Part shown: positions 30,646 to 41,317 of the stretch, piece after piece
Position numbering within the stretch: position 1 is the first letter of the stretch
How the letters are laid out: every line of letters begins with the position of its first letter
IMG/VR virus record: IMGVR_UViG_3300006754_000011
Coordinates: 10,206 to 74,205 of that record
Length of the DNA: 64,000 bases
Origin: a virus
Direction: 5' to 3' (one strand)
Translations under genes and position numbers: made by a program
Notes under the pieces: model-generated
Database searches by the model: none
Told to the model about the DNA's origin: nothing
Seen by the model: only the letters and a program-made list of their open reading frames with translations

Positions 30646-31619
30646 ATGGCTAAGTATGATGAATTAAAAGCAGGTTAATTTTTTAATTTTGGATAATATA
30701 CCAATAGATGAATGGAAGAAAATAAGGGATAAGATGCATGAGTCTCATCCTGATGATGAAGATCGTCCTCGTTTATCTATAGACATAAAAGATCCTCCTA
30801 AAGAGGAGGATACAAAAGAGTCTAAATAAGATTAAGTAATATCTTTAAAAAGCTTGTCAGCCTAGTACGCTACCTAGAGCGCCCTGTGCTATTCCTCTTC
30901 CTGTATCACCTCTAGGGTCACGTGCATCTAGATCCCAAGGCTTACCTTGTTCTTGACCTAGCCAACTTCCAGCACCACTTGATTGTTGTTGTGGGGCTAA
31001 GCCTTGTTGACCTAATTGTGCAGGTTCATTTCCAGCTTCTGCTCCTCTAAGTGCATCACTATATTTTTTAAGGTGTAGTAAAGCTGCCCCAGGGTTAAAC
31101 ATTATTTTTTGATTGAAATACTTTTTCTTACTTTACGACAGCTAAATCAATCTTTCACTGTGTAGTAAGCAGCACCTCCTATTGCAACGCTAATCATTAT
31201 GAGCATAGTTATAATAGAAAGCATTAGATTAATCTGTATTTTTTTAAATATACTTCAGATATTTTAATTAGTTTGTACAGCTTATTACAAAATGAATGAT
31301 TTTTTAGAAGTAATCCTATGGAGTTATTGCACAGGATTAGCTATAGTTTTACTTTATAAGTTTATTCAAGACACTGAAAATTAATGTTCCATTAAAATAT
31401 GATTTATTGTATTGGGATGTTCATGAATGAACCTAACTGATTCTATAGCTACTTGACGAGCTTCATAACAGTCCTTTGCATAAGCGCAAATCGCTTGTTT
31501 ATGATGTTGAGAATCGTAATAACAGACTGTATAGTGCTTCATTCTCCTGGCACAAATACTTATCTACATTATAGTAGGTAAAAGATATAAAAATTTTATA
31601 AATATCAAAGAAAGCAAAT

Positions 31620-31646
31620 AAAAAACCCCTCTTTTTAGGAGGGGTT
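31620..31646 (-). terminator. psbA terminator
   Basis: AACCCCTC/GAGGGGTT hairpin with a T-run on the - strand. Confidence 0.75.
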
Positions 31647-31671
31647 AGTGAGATATCTCTAAGAGAATTAT

Positions 31672-32760
31672 TTACCCAATAGCAGGTGCTAATAGAGCAA
31701 TAGGGGTAGATTCAGTGCTTGCTAAATCAAGAGGGAAATTATGAGCATTACGCTCATGCATTACCTCCATTCCTAAGTTCGCTCTATTGAGGACATCAGC
31801 CCAAGTAGGAACTACTTTTCCATCAGCAGAAAGAATTGATTGATTAAAATTAAAACCATTCAAGTTAAAAGCCATTGTGCATACCCCCATTGAGGTAAAC
31901 CAAATAGCTACTACAGGAAAGACAGCAAGAAAGAAATGAAGTGAACGGCTATTATTGAACGAAGCATATTGGAAGATCAAACGACCGAAGTAGCCATGAG
32001 CTGCGACGATATTGTAAGTTTCTTCCTCTTGTCCAAATTTATATCCGTAGTTCTGAGATTCAGTTTCAGTTGTTTCTCTAATGAGTGATGATGTAACCAA
32101 GGAACCGTGCATAGCAGAGAACAAAGAACCTCCAAACATTCCCGCAACTCCCAACATATGGAAAGGATGCATAAGGATATTATGTTCCGCCTGAAAGACA
32201 AACATAAAGTTGAACGTTCCCGATATCCCCAATGGCATACCGTCAGACAAACTTCCTTGTCCGAACGGATAAATGAGGAAGACCGCAAAGGCCGCTGATA
32301 CTGGTGCAGAATAAGCAACACAAATCCAGGGACGCATCCCTAGTCGATAGCTAAGTTCCCATTGTCGTCCCATGTAAGCAGAGATACCAATGAGGAAGTG
32401 GAAGATGATAAGTTGATACGGTCCACCGTTGTAGAGCCATTCATCAATTGTCGCAGCTTCCCATATTGGGTAAAAATGCATTCCGATTGCGTTTGAGCTA
32501 GGGACGATTGCTCCTGAGATGATGTTGTTTCCATAGAGAAGGGATCCAGCAATAGGCTCACGAATCCCATCAATATCGACGGGTGGAGCAGCTATAAACG
32601 CAATTATGAAACAGGTGGCAGCAGTTAAGAGACAAGGAATCATTAATACACCAAACCAGCCTACATAGAGGCGGTTATTTGTTGATGTAGTCCAGTCACA
32701 AAACTCTGTCCACCCATTTAACATAGCGCCAGAATTACGCTGAGTAAGAGTGGAAGCCAT
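31672..32760 (-). CDS. psbA: Photosystem II D1 protein
   Basis: [41 protein letters not shown]; Mn-cluster ligands intact. Confidence 0.99.
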   Translation of the reverse strand: MASTLTQRNSGAMLNGWTEFCDWTTSTNNRLYVGWFGVLMIPCLLTAATCFIIAFIAAPPVDIDGIREPIAGSLLYGNNIISGAIVPSSNAIGMHFYPIWEAATIDEWLYNGGPYQLIIFHFLIGISAYMGRQWELSYRLGMRPWICVAYSAPVSAAFAVFLIYPFGQGSLSDGMPLGISGTFNFMFVFQAEHNILMHPFHMLGVAGMFGGSLFSAMHGSLVTSSLIRETTETESQNYGYKFGQEEETYNIVAAHGYFGRLIFQYASFNNSRSLHFFLAVFPVVAIWFTSMGVCTMAFNLNGFNFNQSILSADGKVVPTWADVLNRANLGMEVMHERNAHNFPLDLASTESTPIALLAPAIG

Positions 32761-32864
32761 TAGTCCGATAAAAGTTTCTTTTATAAGAAAAAATAAAAAT
32801 GATGAGCAGTAAATTGCCCATCATCGTATTAATTTTAACAGAATTGTTTGGCTATCAAGACATT

Positions 32865-35483
32865 CTATTCTGACTCTTTTCCCTCAGGCAAAATCGTTGC
32901 AAACTCTTTATATTTAATATCAGATTTACGTATTGCCAAACCTTTAAATAGTGGCATTCCTTTACGAGTAAAAGTAAATATATCTGTAAGAGCAAGTTGA
33001 CTCTTACAACAATCCATTAATAAAGCAATGAATCTTTTTTGACCAACAGCTTTAGATCCAGTTGCTTCACAATGCTCACAATAGCTGGGATAAAGATGAA
33101 AACTGCTATTGAAATATCTTTCAGACATTTCTTTATTTGTATTAGGAATTTTCTTTCCTACAGCAACGACATTATCTTTATCGAGAACAATTTCTGATTG
33201 GAGCCATTCAATTAAATTGTTACTTGTAACCATAATATTATTACGTACTTTCTTTAAAGAAGGAGCTGCTTCATAAGTATCTAAAAGATAATAACGCATT
33301 TCTTTTTCATCTATTTGTAAAATCCAGTTCACTAATCCAGGTAAATAATCCTTCCATAAGCCTGCTACACGACCTTTACTAATTTTTATCATGTCTTTTG
33401 CTTCAGAATTTTTCTTATATAATTTACGATTGAATTCAATTGTTAAACGTCTACGAATCAAACCACTGGTGTTATCTGTTGTTTGTATAGGCTCATTAGC
33501 TGCAACCATAACCATGCCTGTATAAACAAAAGGTTCACCTATGTTTTTCATCTTTTCTTCATATCGAAGATTATCTCCTCCTGTTAAAGCTTTAAAGACT
33601 TGAGCAGAACCTCCATAGCGTTCTGAATCATTAATTAAAGTCATTCTTTTACCTTTAATTGAAGCTAATTCAAAACGAGATTGTTCAAGTTGATTGAGTG
33701 TAGTACTGGCATAATTGCCTGCTCCAACTAAAGCACAACAGAGATTTGCAAAGGTAGATTTACCTCGTCCACCTGGGCCTACAATTTCTAAAAATCTTTG
33801 TAATTCATGCCCATGTCCTACAAGACAAGCTCTTAACCAAGCTCTAAGAACTTGTACTCTAGATTCATCTCCGTATTGAGTACGTTGAATCCATTCAGTA
33901 ATAGGACCAGGATTAATTTCTGGATTGTATTTGAAATCTAATCCCCAAGTAATATAATCTTCTTTATTATGTTCAGAGAAATCACCTGTAGCAACTTCTA
34001 GTACTCCATTAAGAAATACAATTTTATCTGTACCATCATTCCAATAGACTCTAGATATCTTTTGTTTTAAAAGTTCTACTACATCAGAAACTAAATTTGC
34101 ACTAAATCCTGCAGGAGTATAAGAACGATTCGTAGTTAATTCATCTTGAATAATATGATGAAATTCTTTTCTATAGTCCTCTCTACGCCAGAAACCACGA
34201 TTAGGCATGTAATACATAAAAGTATCAAAGCGTGGATCAAAACACCAACCGATACTCAAAGCCCATTCTTGAAGATATTCTGCAATAGTAGAAGAAGGAG
34301 GATTCCTTACTTTGTTATCACCACTTTTTGTACCACGCTTGCTTACTTTTCTGGTTGTAAAAGGAATATTAATATCATCATTTAAAAGCGCTTCAACACC
34401 ACCTTCACTTTGAACAGTTGAAAGTAAATGATCTAATAATTCAGGTTCAACTTCTTGTTGACGTTCTTCTACTTTTTTACTGAGTTCTTCAAAAGACATG
34501 GCTGTATAGCCTCCCATATCCACCCAACCATCTTCTTTTGCCATTGCTTTTAATGTATGTAAGCCTCTCCCATCTACTGGTGTAGGCCCTCCTGGAAGGC
34601 GTTCAAAACTTTCCCATTTCTCTTGACAAACACCTGATTCAAATGATTTAGATTTGGTAGACCATTCAAGCCAGGCGCCTAATAATTTTTCATTTGTTTG
34701 GTGTAAAGCCATTCCAACAGCTAACCATTCTTCATAATCATTACAACGTTCTAGACTTAAATGTTCTAAATATTCACAAGCTTCTTCAATAATTGCTTCT
34801 TCTTTATATGAGCTATCTTGATCATAAGAAAGATGAATATTTTGAGAGATAAATGGTGAAGGTTTACTTGTTACTCGGCGATATTTTGAAGAGGGATAAG
34901 CATTAGAGATAGCTGTATATAACCACTCTGGCATATCAGGTAAGCTATCAATATATTCAAAACCACCATGAGAAGTTGTTTTATATCCTTCTGTATCAGG
35001 ATGTGCACCCATGAGTGCACCTTGACGTGAACGCCAAAGAATTTCCCAAGGTGCTTTATCTACTTTAATTGTTGCTCTATCAGGTAATTGTTGAATTCTT
35101 TTATTTGGAATACGAAAAAGTAATCTAAATTTTCCTTTCTTTCCACTTGTAATAGTTAGAGTAGATGGAAAAATAGAATGAATAGGACCTCCACCTAGCT
35201 TTTCAATTTCAGGTATAGCTTCTTCTCCATCAATATCAACAAAAATCAAACCATATGTATTACAAAATTGACCACATAATAGACCAACACCAGTTGCTCT
35301 TCCTTCTTCTAATTCCCTTTCAATTTGTGAAACAGTAAAAGGATTCTTAGTCCAACCAGGAATATAAGCTTTTTTACCTTGTAAGGGAGTTAGGGGCCAG
35401 TCAGTAGAGACTAAAGACAGGTTTATCTCACCTGAACTAAGAGGTTTTTGAGAGGGTGGTTGATCAGGAAACGTAGTGCTCAT
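32865..35483 (-). CDS. Bifunctional primase-polymerase + PriCT-2 + D5/SF3 helicase
   Basis: FVDIDG, YEEWLAVGMALH...WLEWS, Walker A GPGGRGKST. Confidence 0.9.
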   Translation of the reverse strand: MSTTFPDQPPSQKPLSSGEINLSLVSTDWPLTPLQGKKAYIPGWTKNPFTVSQIERELEEGRATGVGLLCGQFCNTYGLIFVDIDGEEAIPEIEKLGGGPIHSIFPSTLTITSGKKGKFRLLFRIPNKRIQQLPDRATIKVDKAPWEILWRSRQGALMGAHPDTEGYKTTSHGGFEYIDSLPDMPEWLYTAISNAYPSSKYRRVTSKPSPFISQNIHLSYDQDSSYKEEAIIEEACEYLEHLSLERCNDYEEWLAVGMALHQTNEKLLGAWLEWSTKSKSFESGVCQEKWESFERLPGGPTPVDGRGLHTLKAMAKEDGWVDMGGYTAMSFEELSKKVEERQQEVEPELLDHLLSTVQSEGGVEALLNDDINIPFTTRKVSKRGTKSGDNKVRNPPSSTIAEYLQEWALSIGWCFDPRFDTFMYYMPNRGFWRREDYRKEFHHIIQDELTTNRSYTPAGFSANLVSDVVELLKQKISRVYWNDGTDKIVFLNGVLEVATGDFSEHNKEDYITWGLDFKYNPEINPGPITEWIQRTQYGDESRVQVLRAWLRACLVGHGHELQRFLEIVGPGGRGKSTFANLCCALVGAGNYASTTLNQLEQSRFELASIKGKRMTLINDSERYGGSAQVFKALTGGDNLRYEEKMKNIGEPFVYTGMVMVAANEPIQTTDNTSGLIRRRLTIEFNRKLYKKNSEAKDMIKISKGRVAGLWKDYLPGLVNWILQIDEKEMRYYLLDTYEAAPSLKKVRNNIMVTSNNLIEWLQSEIVLDKDNVVAVGKKIPNTNKEMSERYFNSSFHLYPSYCEHCEATGSKAVGQKRFIALLMDCCKSQLALTDIFTFTRKGMPLFKGLAIRKSDIKYKEFATILPEGKESE

Positions 35484-35598
35484 CTAGTTATTTCGACTTA
35501 GGTATAAACCAGCATCCCAGCCTACCTCGTTTTGGAGATAAAGGTAGTGATTAGCTGAACAGTTATAGAAATAATGTAGACGGAATAGACCTGTCCTT

Positions 35599-36099
35599 TT
35601 AGGCTTTTGTAAGTTCATGATCCCAAGGATTAAGCAATAAAGAAACTCTGGTGCCTTTAAAATCTTTTACTGTATGAAATTTATCAGAAGAAAAAATAAC
35701 TAATCTATTTGTTTTTGGAGTAACTATAAAGTCATCTTCAATAACAAGTTGTCCTCCAATTAAATCATTAACTTCTAGATAATAAGCTGTAGAGCATATA
35801 GGATGTTTTAGTATTTTTTCTTTTTCATAAAGAACTTCATCTTTATCATAGTGCCAATCTACTTTTGTATTATTTTGATCCCAAAATTCATATCCAACAA
35901 TACCAGTTAAGTCAACACAAGTTGATGTTATTCGTAGAATGCTATGACAAAAATCAGCATATAAATGTTCATCTTCTAAAGCATACCAAGTTAAATTTGG
36001 AAGAGGCTCTTTAATAAGTTTAGTTATCTCAGGAGATACTTCTTCAAACACGTCATCAATTACTATTAATGATTGTTGATTTGCTTGAGAAAATTTCAT
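35599..36099 (-). CDS. 2OG-Fe(II) oxygenase
   Basis: WHYDKDE, GGQL, PKTNRLVIF..FHTV, RVSL. Confidence 0.8.
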   Translation of the reverse strand: MKFSQANQQSLIVIDDVFEEVSPEITKLIKEPLPNLTWYALEDEHLYADFCHSILRITSTCVDLTGIVGYEFWDQNNTKVDWHYDKDEVLYEKEKILKHPICSTAYYLEVNDLIGGQLVIEDDFIVTPKTNRLVIFSSDKFHTVKDFKGTRVSLLLNPWDHELTKA

Positions 36100-37010
36100 T
36101 CAGTTTCTTTATCTAAATCAACAGCTTCCATTTCAATTTCAGGAAGTTTGTAAAATTCTTCATAGTATTTATTGACAGTCTGTAACCATTTTTCTTTATA
36201 CTTTTCAATTGTTCTTTCTTGAATTGCAAAGACTTGAGGACGCTGTATCGTAGCAACAAGAATCATATGTATATCTGGTTTGATACCGATAGTATGTTCG
36301 ATTGCTAAATGATAAGCAGCCAATTGCATACAACATTTTTGATACTTAACGAAGCCAGCACGCCGCATTCCGTATTCATTTTTAGGTGTATCAGGACCTG
36401 GCCATTTACCATAGTACAACCCATTAGAAGTTTTTAAATCACCTAGAACAGTTTTACCTTTATAAGTAGCAATAATATCTGGAGCACCTGCCCAGCCATA
36501 ATTAGTATTATCTTCTACTCCAGGATGCCATACACGGCTAATACCATCACCTCCGATTGTCCAAGCAAAGTCATCACTGATTGGATTCTCTGCCCAGATA
36601 ATGTCTTCAAATTTATCTAATTTTTCAGGTAGACCTTTCCAAAAAGGATCAACGATTTCATCTTCAGGAAACTCACGTTCACCTAAAAGATAATGCTCCA
36701 TGCGACTATGTACAGCTGTTCCGCGTGCAGCTGCTTCTTCTCGTTTACCAGGATTTTTTTTATTCCATCTTTCAAGAGAAGCTTTATTTCCTTGAGTAGC
36801 TGAAAGAATCGTGGTTACAGAAGGCAGTGCTCCATAGGGAGTTTTATAGTGTCTAGATCCATCAATACTGAGTCTTGTATCACCTAAAGACTTGTAATTC
36901 ACGTACTGGGAAAAATCATTTTTCCTAGAGTACGTTGTATAAACTTTCGATCTATCTATTACTTTGTTAATGACTTCTACATCAATTGTTGATGTCGATG
37001 CTTTAGACAT
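36096..37010 (-). CDS. PD-(D/E)XK exonuclease
   Basis: LPSVTTIL, RGTAVH, AGAPD...DLKTS...QLAAY. Confidence 0.85.
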   Translation of the reverse strand: MSKASTSTIDVEVINKVIDRSKVYTTYSRKNDFSQYVNYKSLGDTRLSIDGSRHYKTPYGALPSVTTILSATQGNKASLERWNKKNPGKREEAAARGTAVHSRMEHYLLGEREFPEDEIVDPFWKGLPEKLDKFEDIIWAENPISDDFAWTIGGDGISRVWHPGVEDNTNYGWAGAPDIIATYKGKTVLGDLKTSNGLYYGKWPGPDTPKNEYGMRRAGFVKYQKCCMQLAAYHLAIEHTIGIKPDIHMILVATIQRPQVFAIQERTIEKYKEKWLQTVNKYYEEFYKLPEIEMEAVDLDKETE

Positions 37011-37101
37011 GATTTATCCCATCTCGATAAAGGATAGCAATAAAAAACCCCACCGAACCACCAGTGAGGTAAATCATGCAGACTTTTGGTCCAACTAGAT
37101 C

Positions 37102-37293
37102 TTACAGGATTCCTGGAATCAATTGTCCAGTTGTTACATAAGCTCCTAATGCTGCAACAAAACCAATCATGGCCCAACGACCATTAGCTTTTTCAGCAGC
37201 TTCTACATAGGAAATTTCTCCTTTCATTACAGCAATCTGTGGTTCTTTTGCGTATATGTTTTGATGGCCACCAGATTCATTAGTAATAGTCAT
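37102..37293 (-). CDS. hli: High-light inducible protein
   Basis: AEKANGRWAMIGFVAALGAY..TGQLIPG. Confidence 0.95.
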   Translation of the reverse strand: MTITNESGGHQNIYAKEPQIAVMKGEISYVEAAEKANGRWAMIGFVAALGAYVTTGQLIPGIL

Positions 37294-37356
37294 CTTTATT
37301 AGAAGAATTTATACCTATATTCTATATGTAGATTTGTTAAGTCTAGGTATTTATGC

Positions 37357-37647
37357 CTATTTGGAGATCTTATAGAATGTATATTTCAAAAATAATTCTT
37401 CTTCTGCTTTTATAGTTTGGATAGTTCTTATAAAATAATAGCCATCCTCATAATATTTAATGCAGTTAGGCTTTTCAGAATGGTTGATAAATCCTCCTAA
37501 AGGAGAACGATAGATAATGTCATCTATTACTAAATGAGACATGCCTAAATCAGTACCGATAGGGATCTCTGTCTTAGCAAAAACGCCTTGACCTGCTATT
37601 GGACTGTCTTTAATGTGAAGACTTTTAGGTAGTGCTTGGTAAGTCAT
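37357..37647 (-). CDS. SET-domain protein
   Basis: GQGVFAK...GFINHSEKPN...EELFLKY. Confidence 0.85.
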   Translation of the reverse strand: MTYQALPKSLHIKDSPIAGQGVFAKTEIPIGTDLGMSHLVIDDIIYRSPLGGFINHSEKPNCIKYYEDGYYFIRTIQTIKAEEELFLKYTFYKISK

Positions 37648-37707
37648 AATAAAAAAACCTCACTATAAAGATAGCGAGGCTTAATTATATCTTCTTAACT
37701 AATTATC

Positions 37708-38076
37708 TTAGAAAGAATACTTTGCTCCAAGTTTTGTGGACCAATCTTTGTCATCATCTGAATCTTCAGGAGTAACAACAGCTACTTCACCATAGATTCC
37801 GAGTCTTTCTGTAGCAGCGATGTTAGCACCTACTTTACCAGATAACCTGGTATCAGAGTCTTCACCATCTTCAGCTACAACAGCTGGACCGCCTTGAGCA
37901 TACCAATCAACACTACCAACTTTATCTTCATATCCTAGATGAAAATCGGTTGTACGATTCTCATACTGATCGCCAGTGTAAGAAGCATTGGATTCAATGT
38001 TGGCATAAAAGCCACCAGCAAAAGCAGCAGGAGCGGCGAAAGCAGCTGCAGTTGCTAAAAGAATAGGTTTAATCAT
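37708..38076 (-). CDS. Small outer-membrane beta-barrel-like protein
   Basis: Signal peptide; amphipathic strands; C-terminal KLGAKYSF. Confidence 0.7.
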   Translation of the reverse strand: MIKPILLATAAAFAAPAAFAGGFYANIESNASYTGDQYENRTTDFHLGYEDKVGSVDWYAQGGPAVVAEDGEDSDTRLSGKVGANIAATERLGIYGEVAVVTPEDSDDDKDWSTKLGAKYSF

Positions 38077-38473
38077 TTTTGTTCTATTAATAGAAAAAGG
38101 CCACCGCTATTATAGAAGTAATAGTAGTTAATAAATACCTAGTAGAAGTGACACCCTGTAAGTTGTCAGTCACTTTCAACTTCAGGAGGACGTTCATTAA
38201 AACAACCTTCTACATTAGAAGCAAATGTCATTGATTGATACTGTCCTACATGCTGTTGTATCTTGCTATAAATTTCAAAACTACTTTTAACTGCATCATC
38301 TGTACTCAACATAAATTTAGAATTAGCAAGCAATCCTGCAGTGATAATGCAGACACCCAACTCTTGTGGATGGTTCATGAATGAACGAAGTGACCGTCCA
38401 TTATCAGTGAAGGATGCTAAGAGATAAGCTATATCCATCATTGGATTTGGTTGATCAGGATTTTGTGTTGTCA

Positions 38474-38740
38474 CTAATAGTCTTCCTCGCTAGTAATACT
38501 GTACAGGGCTACATAATCTTTTTTTATAATAGTCTTAATCAATCCTTCGGCTTTTAATGCTGAAAGCCTACGGCTAACTGTGCGGTGGTTACGATCAAAT
38601 TTCCTAGCGATAACAGTAATAGGAAGAAGAACCAGCTTTCTATCTTCAAAAACAGTTGATTCTTCTAGGAGATATTCATAGATACTCCAAGCAAGATCAT
38701 CCATCAGATTATTCTTTTCAATACTCTTCACACCCAGCAC
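38474..38740 (-). CDS. Winged HTH DNA-binding protein
   Basis: ITVIARKFDRNHRTVSRRLSALKAEGLI. Confidence 0.7.
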   Translation of the reverse strand: MLGVKSIEKNNLMDDLAWSIYEYLLEESTVFEDRKLVLLPITVIARKFDRNHRTVSRRLSALKAEGLIKTIIKKDYVALYSITSEEDY

Positions 38741-39550
38741 GGTTTTAATTACGTAGTTGATTCTACGATATTATCTTTGTTCTCCTTCCAATGCAAAACA
38801 GATTTTTTTGCATTCTCTAAATCCATTCCCCAACAGGGTTCAAAGTCTTCTCGACGTGGATATCGATAAAGAATTTGTCCTGTATTTCCATGTTTTAAAA
38901 CTCTAATTTTATAACCTTCAAATTCAATTGCTTCCTTTTCTTCAGAAGGTTTTCCTTTGTATCGAAACTTCCTAGCGTTACGAGACATATGAAAGATGCA
39001 GTTATCTCTCTAAGCTACCAAGCATACATCTAAGATTTGACTTGATTCTCAATAAATTCTTTTGCTTTCTCAATATCGTTAAAGAATTGACAAGTACCTG
39101 AGTAACATCCCAGATAACGTTCAAAAGTTTTTTTACCACCTGTTAAGGGATAAGTATGAATAGTTCCTCCATTACTAGTAGTTTCAATTAGAAGAGGTTT
39201 GACAGACATGTTAATCGATAGTTAGTTTCATTTTAATTAGAATTAATCAAGATAAGGCATATATATTTCAAGTTGTTCTATTGCTTCTTTAATATCTTTT
39301 TTAGCTTGTTCATATCCTTTTATCCATTCTTCATTACAAGACGGATCTCCAAGGTAATTAATAAGATGTAATCCCATACGTTGGTTCACTCTATTTTTAA
39401 GACCACGAACATCCATTCTTGAATCCGATTTTCCTATTGAAGTAGACATTAATAATGATAAGAGATCTGTTCTTAAAAGATGAGAAAATATAATACTCCC
39501 TTACAAAAAAGTAAGGGAGTATAGGGGATCCAAGATTATTAAACCATATT

Positions 39551-40150
39551 TCATACGCTTGTCAATCGCTCACGTCTTTTAAAACTGAAACGGTAAGATT
39601 CTCTAAGTTCTGCTGTTACAGGAACATTAATTTCTTTTTGTTTCAAATTTTTACGTAAACGATCTTTATCTGGAACTTGTTCCTCTTTAACTTCTAGAAC
39701 TTGATCATCTTTTAAACGACTAATTGTTGTCGTCTTTTTAAGACCATACTCTTGGATTTCTTTATCTTCCCACTGCTCAAAATTATCAATTAACTTTGAT
39801 TGTGTTTTAGCAACAGTTGCTTGATATTTATTACCAGTAGGTGAGTTAGTTATTAACTCTTGCTGGTATGCATACTTAATAATATCAGTAAGCAATTTTT
39901 TGTTGCGTTCCCAAGCTTCCTTAGCTCTTTTAATTTCCTTCATCTCCTTATCAAGAAGATCAATACGAGTTTCACATTCCTTAATGTAATGACAAATCCC
40001 ATCGAACTTACTTGCTTGACGGGACACTAGATCATGAAGAACTTGTTCAAATTGTTTATGTTCATCTTCAGTGATCTCAGGCATCTCTTTTAAGAAAGAG
40101 AGATGATCAACATCTCGTGAGAGTTGAATGAAAGAAGTTTTGTCTGACAT
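39551..40150 (-). CDS. Siphovirus Gp157-like coiled-coil protein
   Basis: KFDGICHYIK...EMKEIKR...PDKDRLRK..K...AEL. Confidence 0.6.
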   Translation of the reverse strand: MSDKTSFIQLSRDVDHLSFLKEMPEITEDEHKQFEQVLHDLVSRQASKFDGICHYIKECETRIDLLDKEMKEIKRAKEAWERNKKLLTDIIKYAYQQELITNSPTGNKYQATVAKTQSKLIDNFEQWEDKEIQEYGLKKTTTISRLKDDQVLEVKEEQVPDKDRLRKNLKQKEINVPVTAELRESYRFSFKRRERLTSV

Positions 40151-40174
40151 GATTTTAAAAGTGAAAGGATTAAA

Positions 40175-41035
40175 TTAATGAGAAGAACTGTTCATAACAC
40201 TGGCAATAGCTTCTGAATAAGGGTGTATTTTATATCCATGATTCAAAGCGCCTGTTAATACTTGCCAACAGGAACCAGTTGGTATGCCTGCTGAATCATA
40301 AATTGGTTTCTTTCTCCAACCATTTATAGGTAACCATTGTGAATTAGTCTTAAGACCATTTTCGGAAACTCGATAAAGAATTTCTCCTTTACGATAGTCG
40401 TAATGGTAAGCACAAATTTTTGAATTAAATTTACCAGCCAACTTTTGTTGTGCTGCAAAGCTTGTAGCTTTTAATTCAATATTGTAGTTATACCATTGAA
40501 GATGTTTACAAAGAGGAGTGAATTTAATAGAAGTAAATTCCTCAAATTCTTTTGTTAACTCAGCTTTGTTCTCATACATTTGATGCCAAGAACCACAAGT
40601 ACAAGTTTGTTCTTTTTGCTTGACATAGTAAACACGTTTAGTACCTTCTTTATCTACAGAAACTTGAGGTGAACGTCCAATTTGAAAAGCTAAAGCTTCT
40701 ACAACTGTACTTGCTCCTTTGTAATTCAAAGTAGCAACAGGTTCACCCTGGTAAGGACCAGTAAGAAAATATTCTCTCCAAATTTTGTGAGAGAAATAAG
40801 AAGGGACACGTGTTCGATGTGCCCAGAAATTTTCTAGAACTGCTTTACGTTTAACAACGAGCTGTTTTTCTTGTAGTTGAATAAGTACATTCTCATTTTC
40901 TAAGCTAATAAAATCAATATCAGTAGCTTGAATATCTTTATACTTATTATCTGCTGCATGAAGAACATCTACGATACGACGACGACCGTAGATCATCTGT
41001 TGACAGTCACTTAAGACTGTCTGAACAATAGTCAT
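40175..41035 (-). CDS. SWIM Zn-finger protein
   Basis: YYV...TCTCGSW...LCKHL. Confidence 0.65.
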   Translation of the reverse strand: MTIVQTVLSDCQQMIYGRRRIVDVLHAADNKYKDIQATDIDFISLENENVLIQLQEKQLVVKRKAVLENFWAHRTRVPSYFSHKIWREYFLTGPYQGEPVATLNYKGASTVVEALAFQIGRSPQVSVDKEGTKRVYYVKQKEQTCTCGSWHQMYENKAELTKEFEEFTSIKFTPLCKHLQWYNYNIELKATSFAAQQKLAGKFNSKICAYHYDYRKGEILYRVSENGLKTNSQWLPINGWRKKPIYDSAGIPTGSCWQVLTGALNHGYKIHPYSEAIASVMNSSSH

Positions 41036-41058
41036 AATGGTGTTGGTGAAAGTGCAAA

Positions 41059-41086
41059 GGATGCTTTTAAAGTCTTCCCAGGACTA
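41059..41086 (-). repeat. Leader pseudoknot copy 1
   Basis: AGUC-CUGGGAA-GACU-UUAAAAGC-AUCC. Confidence 0.6.
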
Positions 41087-41097
41087 GTGATTACATT

Positions 41098-41232
41098 CTA
41101 TTTACCTTGGCCACGATAAGGCTTTTTTCTTTTCACTTTGTAAGATCCTCTTTTTCTTCTTCCATCTCCAATAGAAGTTAACTTAGGCTTTGCTTCTGTA
41201 ACTAAAGATGAAGTTAAACTTTTTTTGTACAT
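41098..41232 (-). CDS. Small basic protein ending KKPYRGQGK (44 aa), absent from the ORF track
   Basis: Clean ORF; YRGQG C-terminus common in marine phages. Confidence 0.65.
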   Translation of the reverse strand: MYKKSLTSSLVTEAKPKLTSIGDGRRKRGSYKVKRKKPYRGQGK

Positions 41233-41270
41233 TACTTTGTAAACGATCTTTCAATTGTAAAACAAGTAAT

Positions 41271-41297
41271 AAAAAAGCCAGGTATTACCCTGGCCTT
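41271..41297 (-). terminator. Intrinsic terminator after 41318..42349
   Basis: GCCAGG/CCTGGC stem with a T-run on the - strand. Confidence 0.75.
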
Positions 41298-41317
41298 TAT
41301 TAGATTTTAGAACGAAG

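Noticed and set aside
32240-32270. Atypical/rogue D1 (GQGSLSDG instead of GQGSFSDG)
   Set aside because: It is a single conservative change. Y161, D170, E189, H190, H332, E333, D342 and A344 equivalents are intact.
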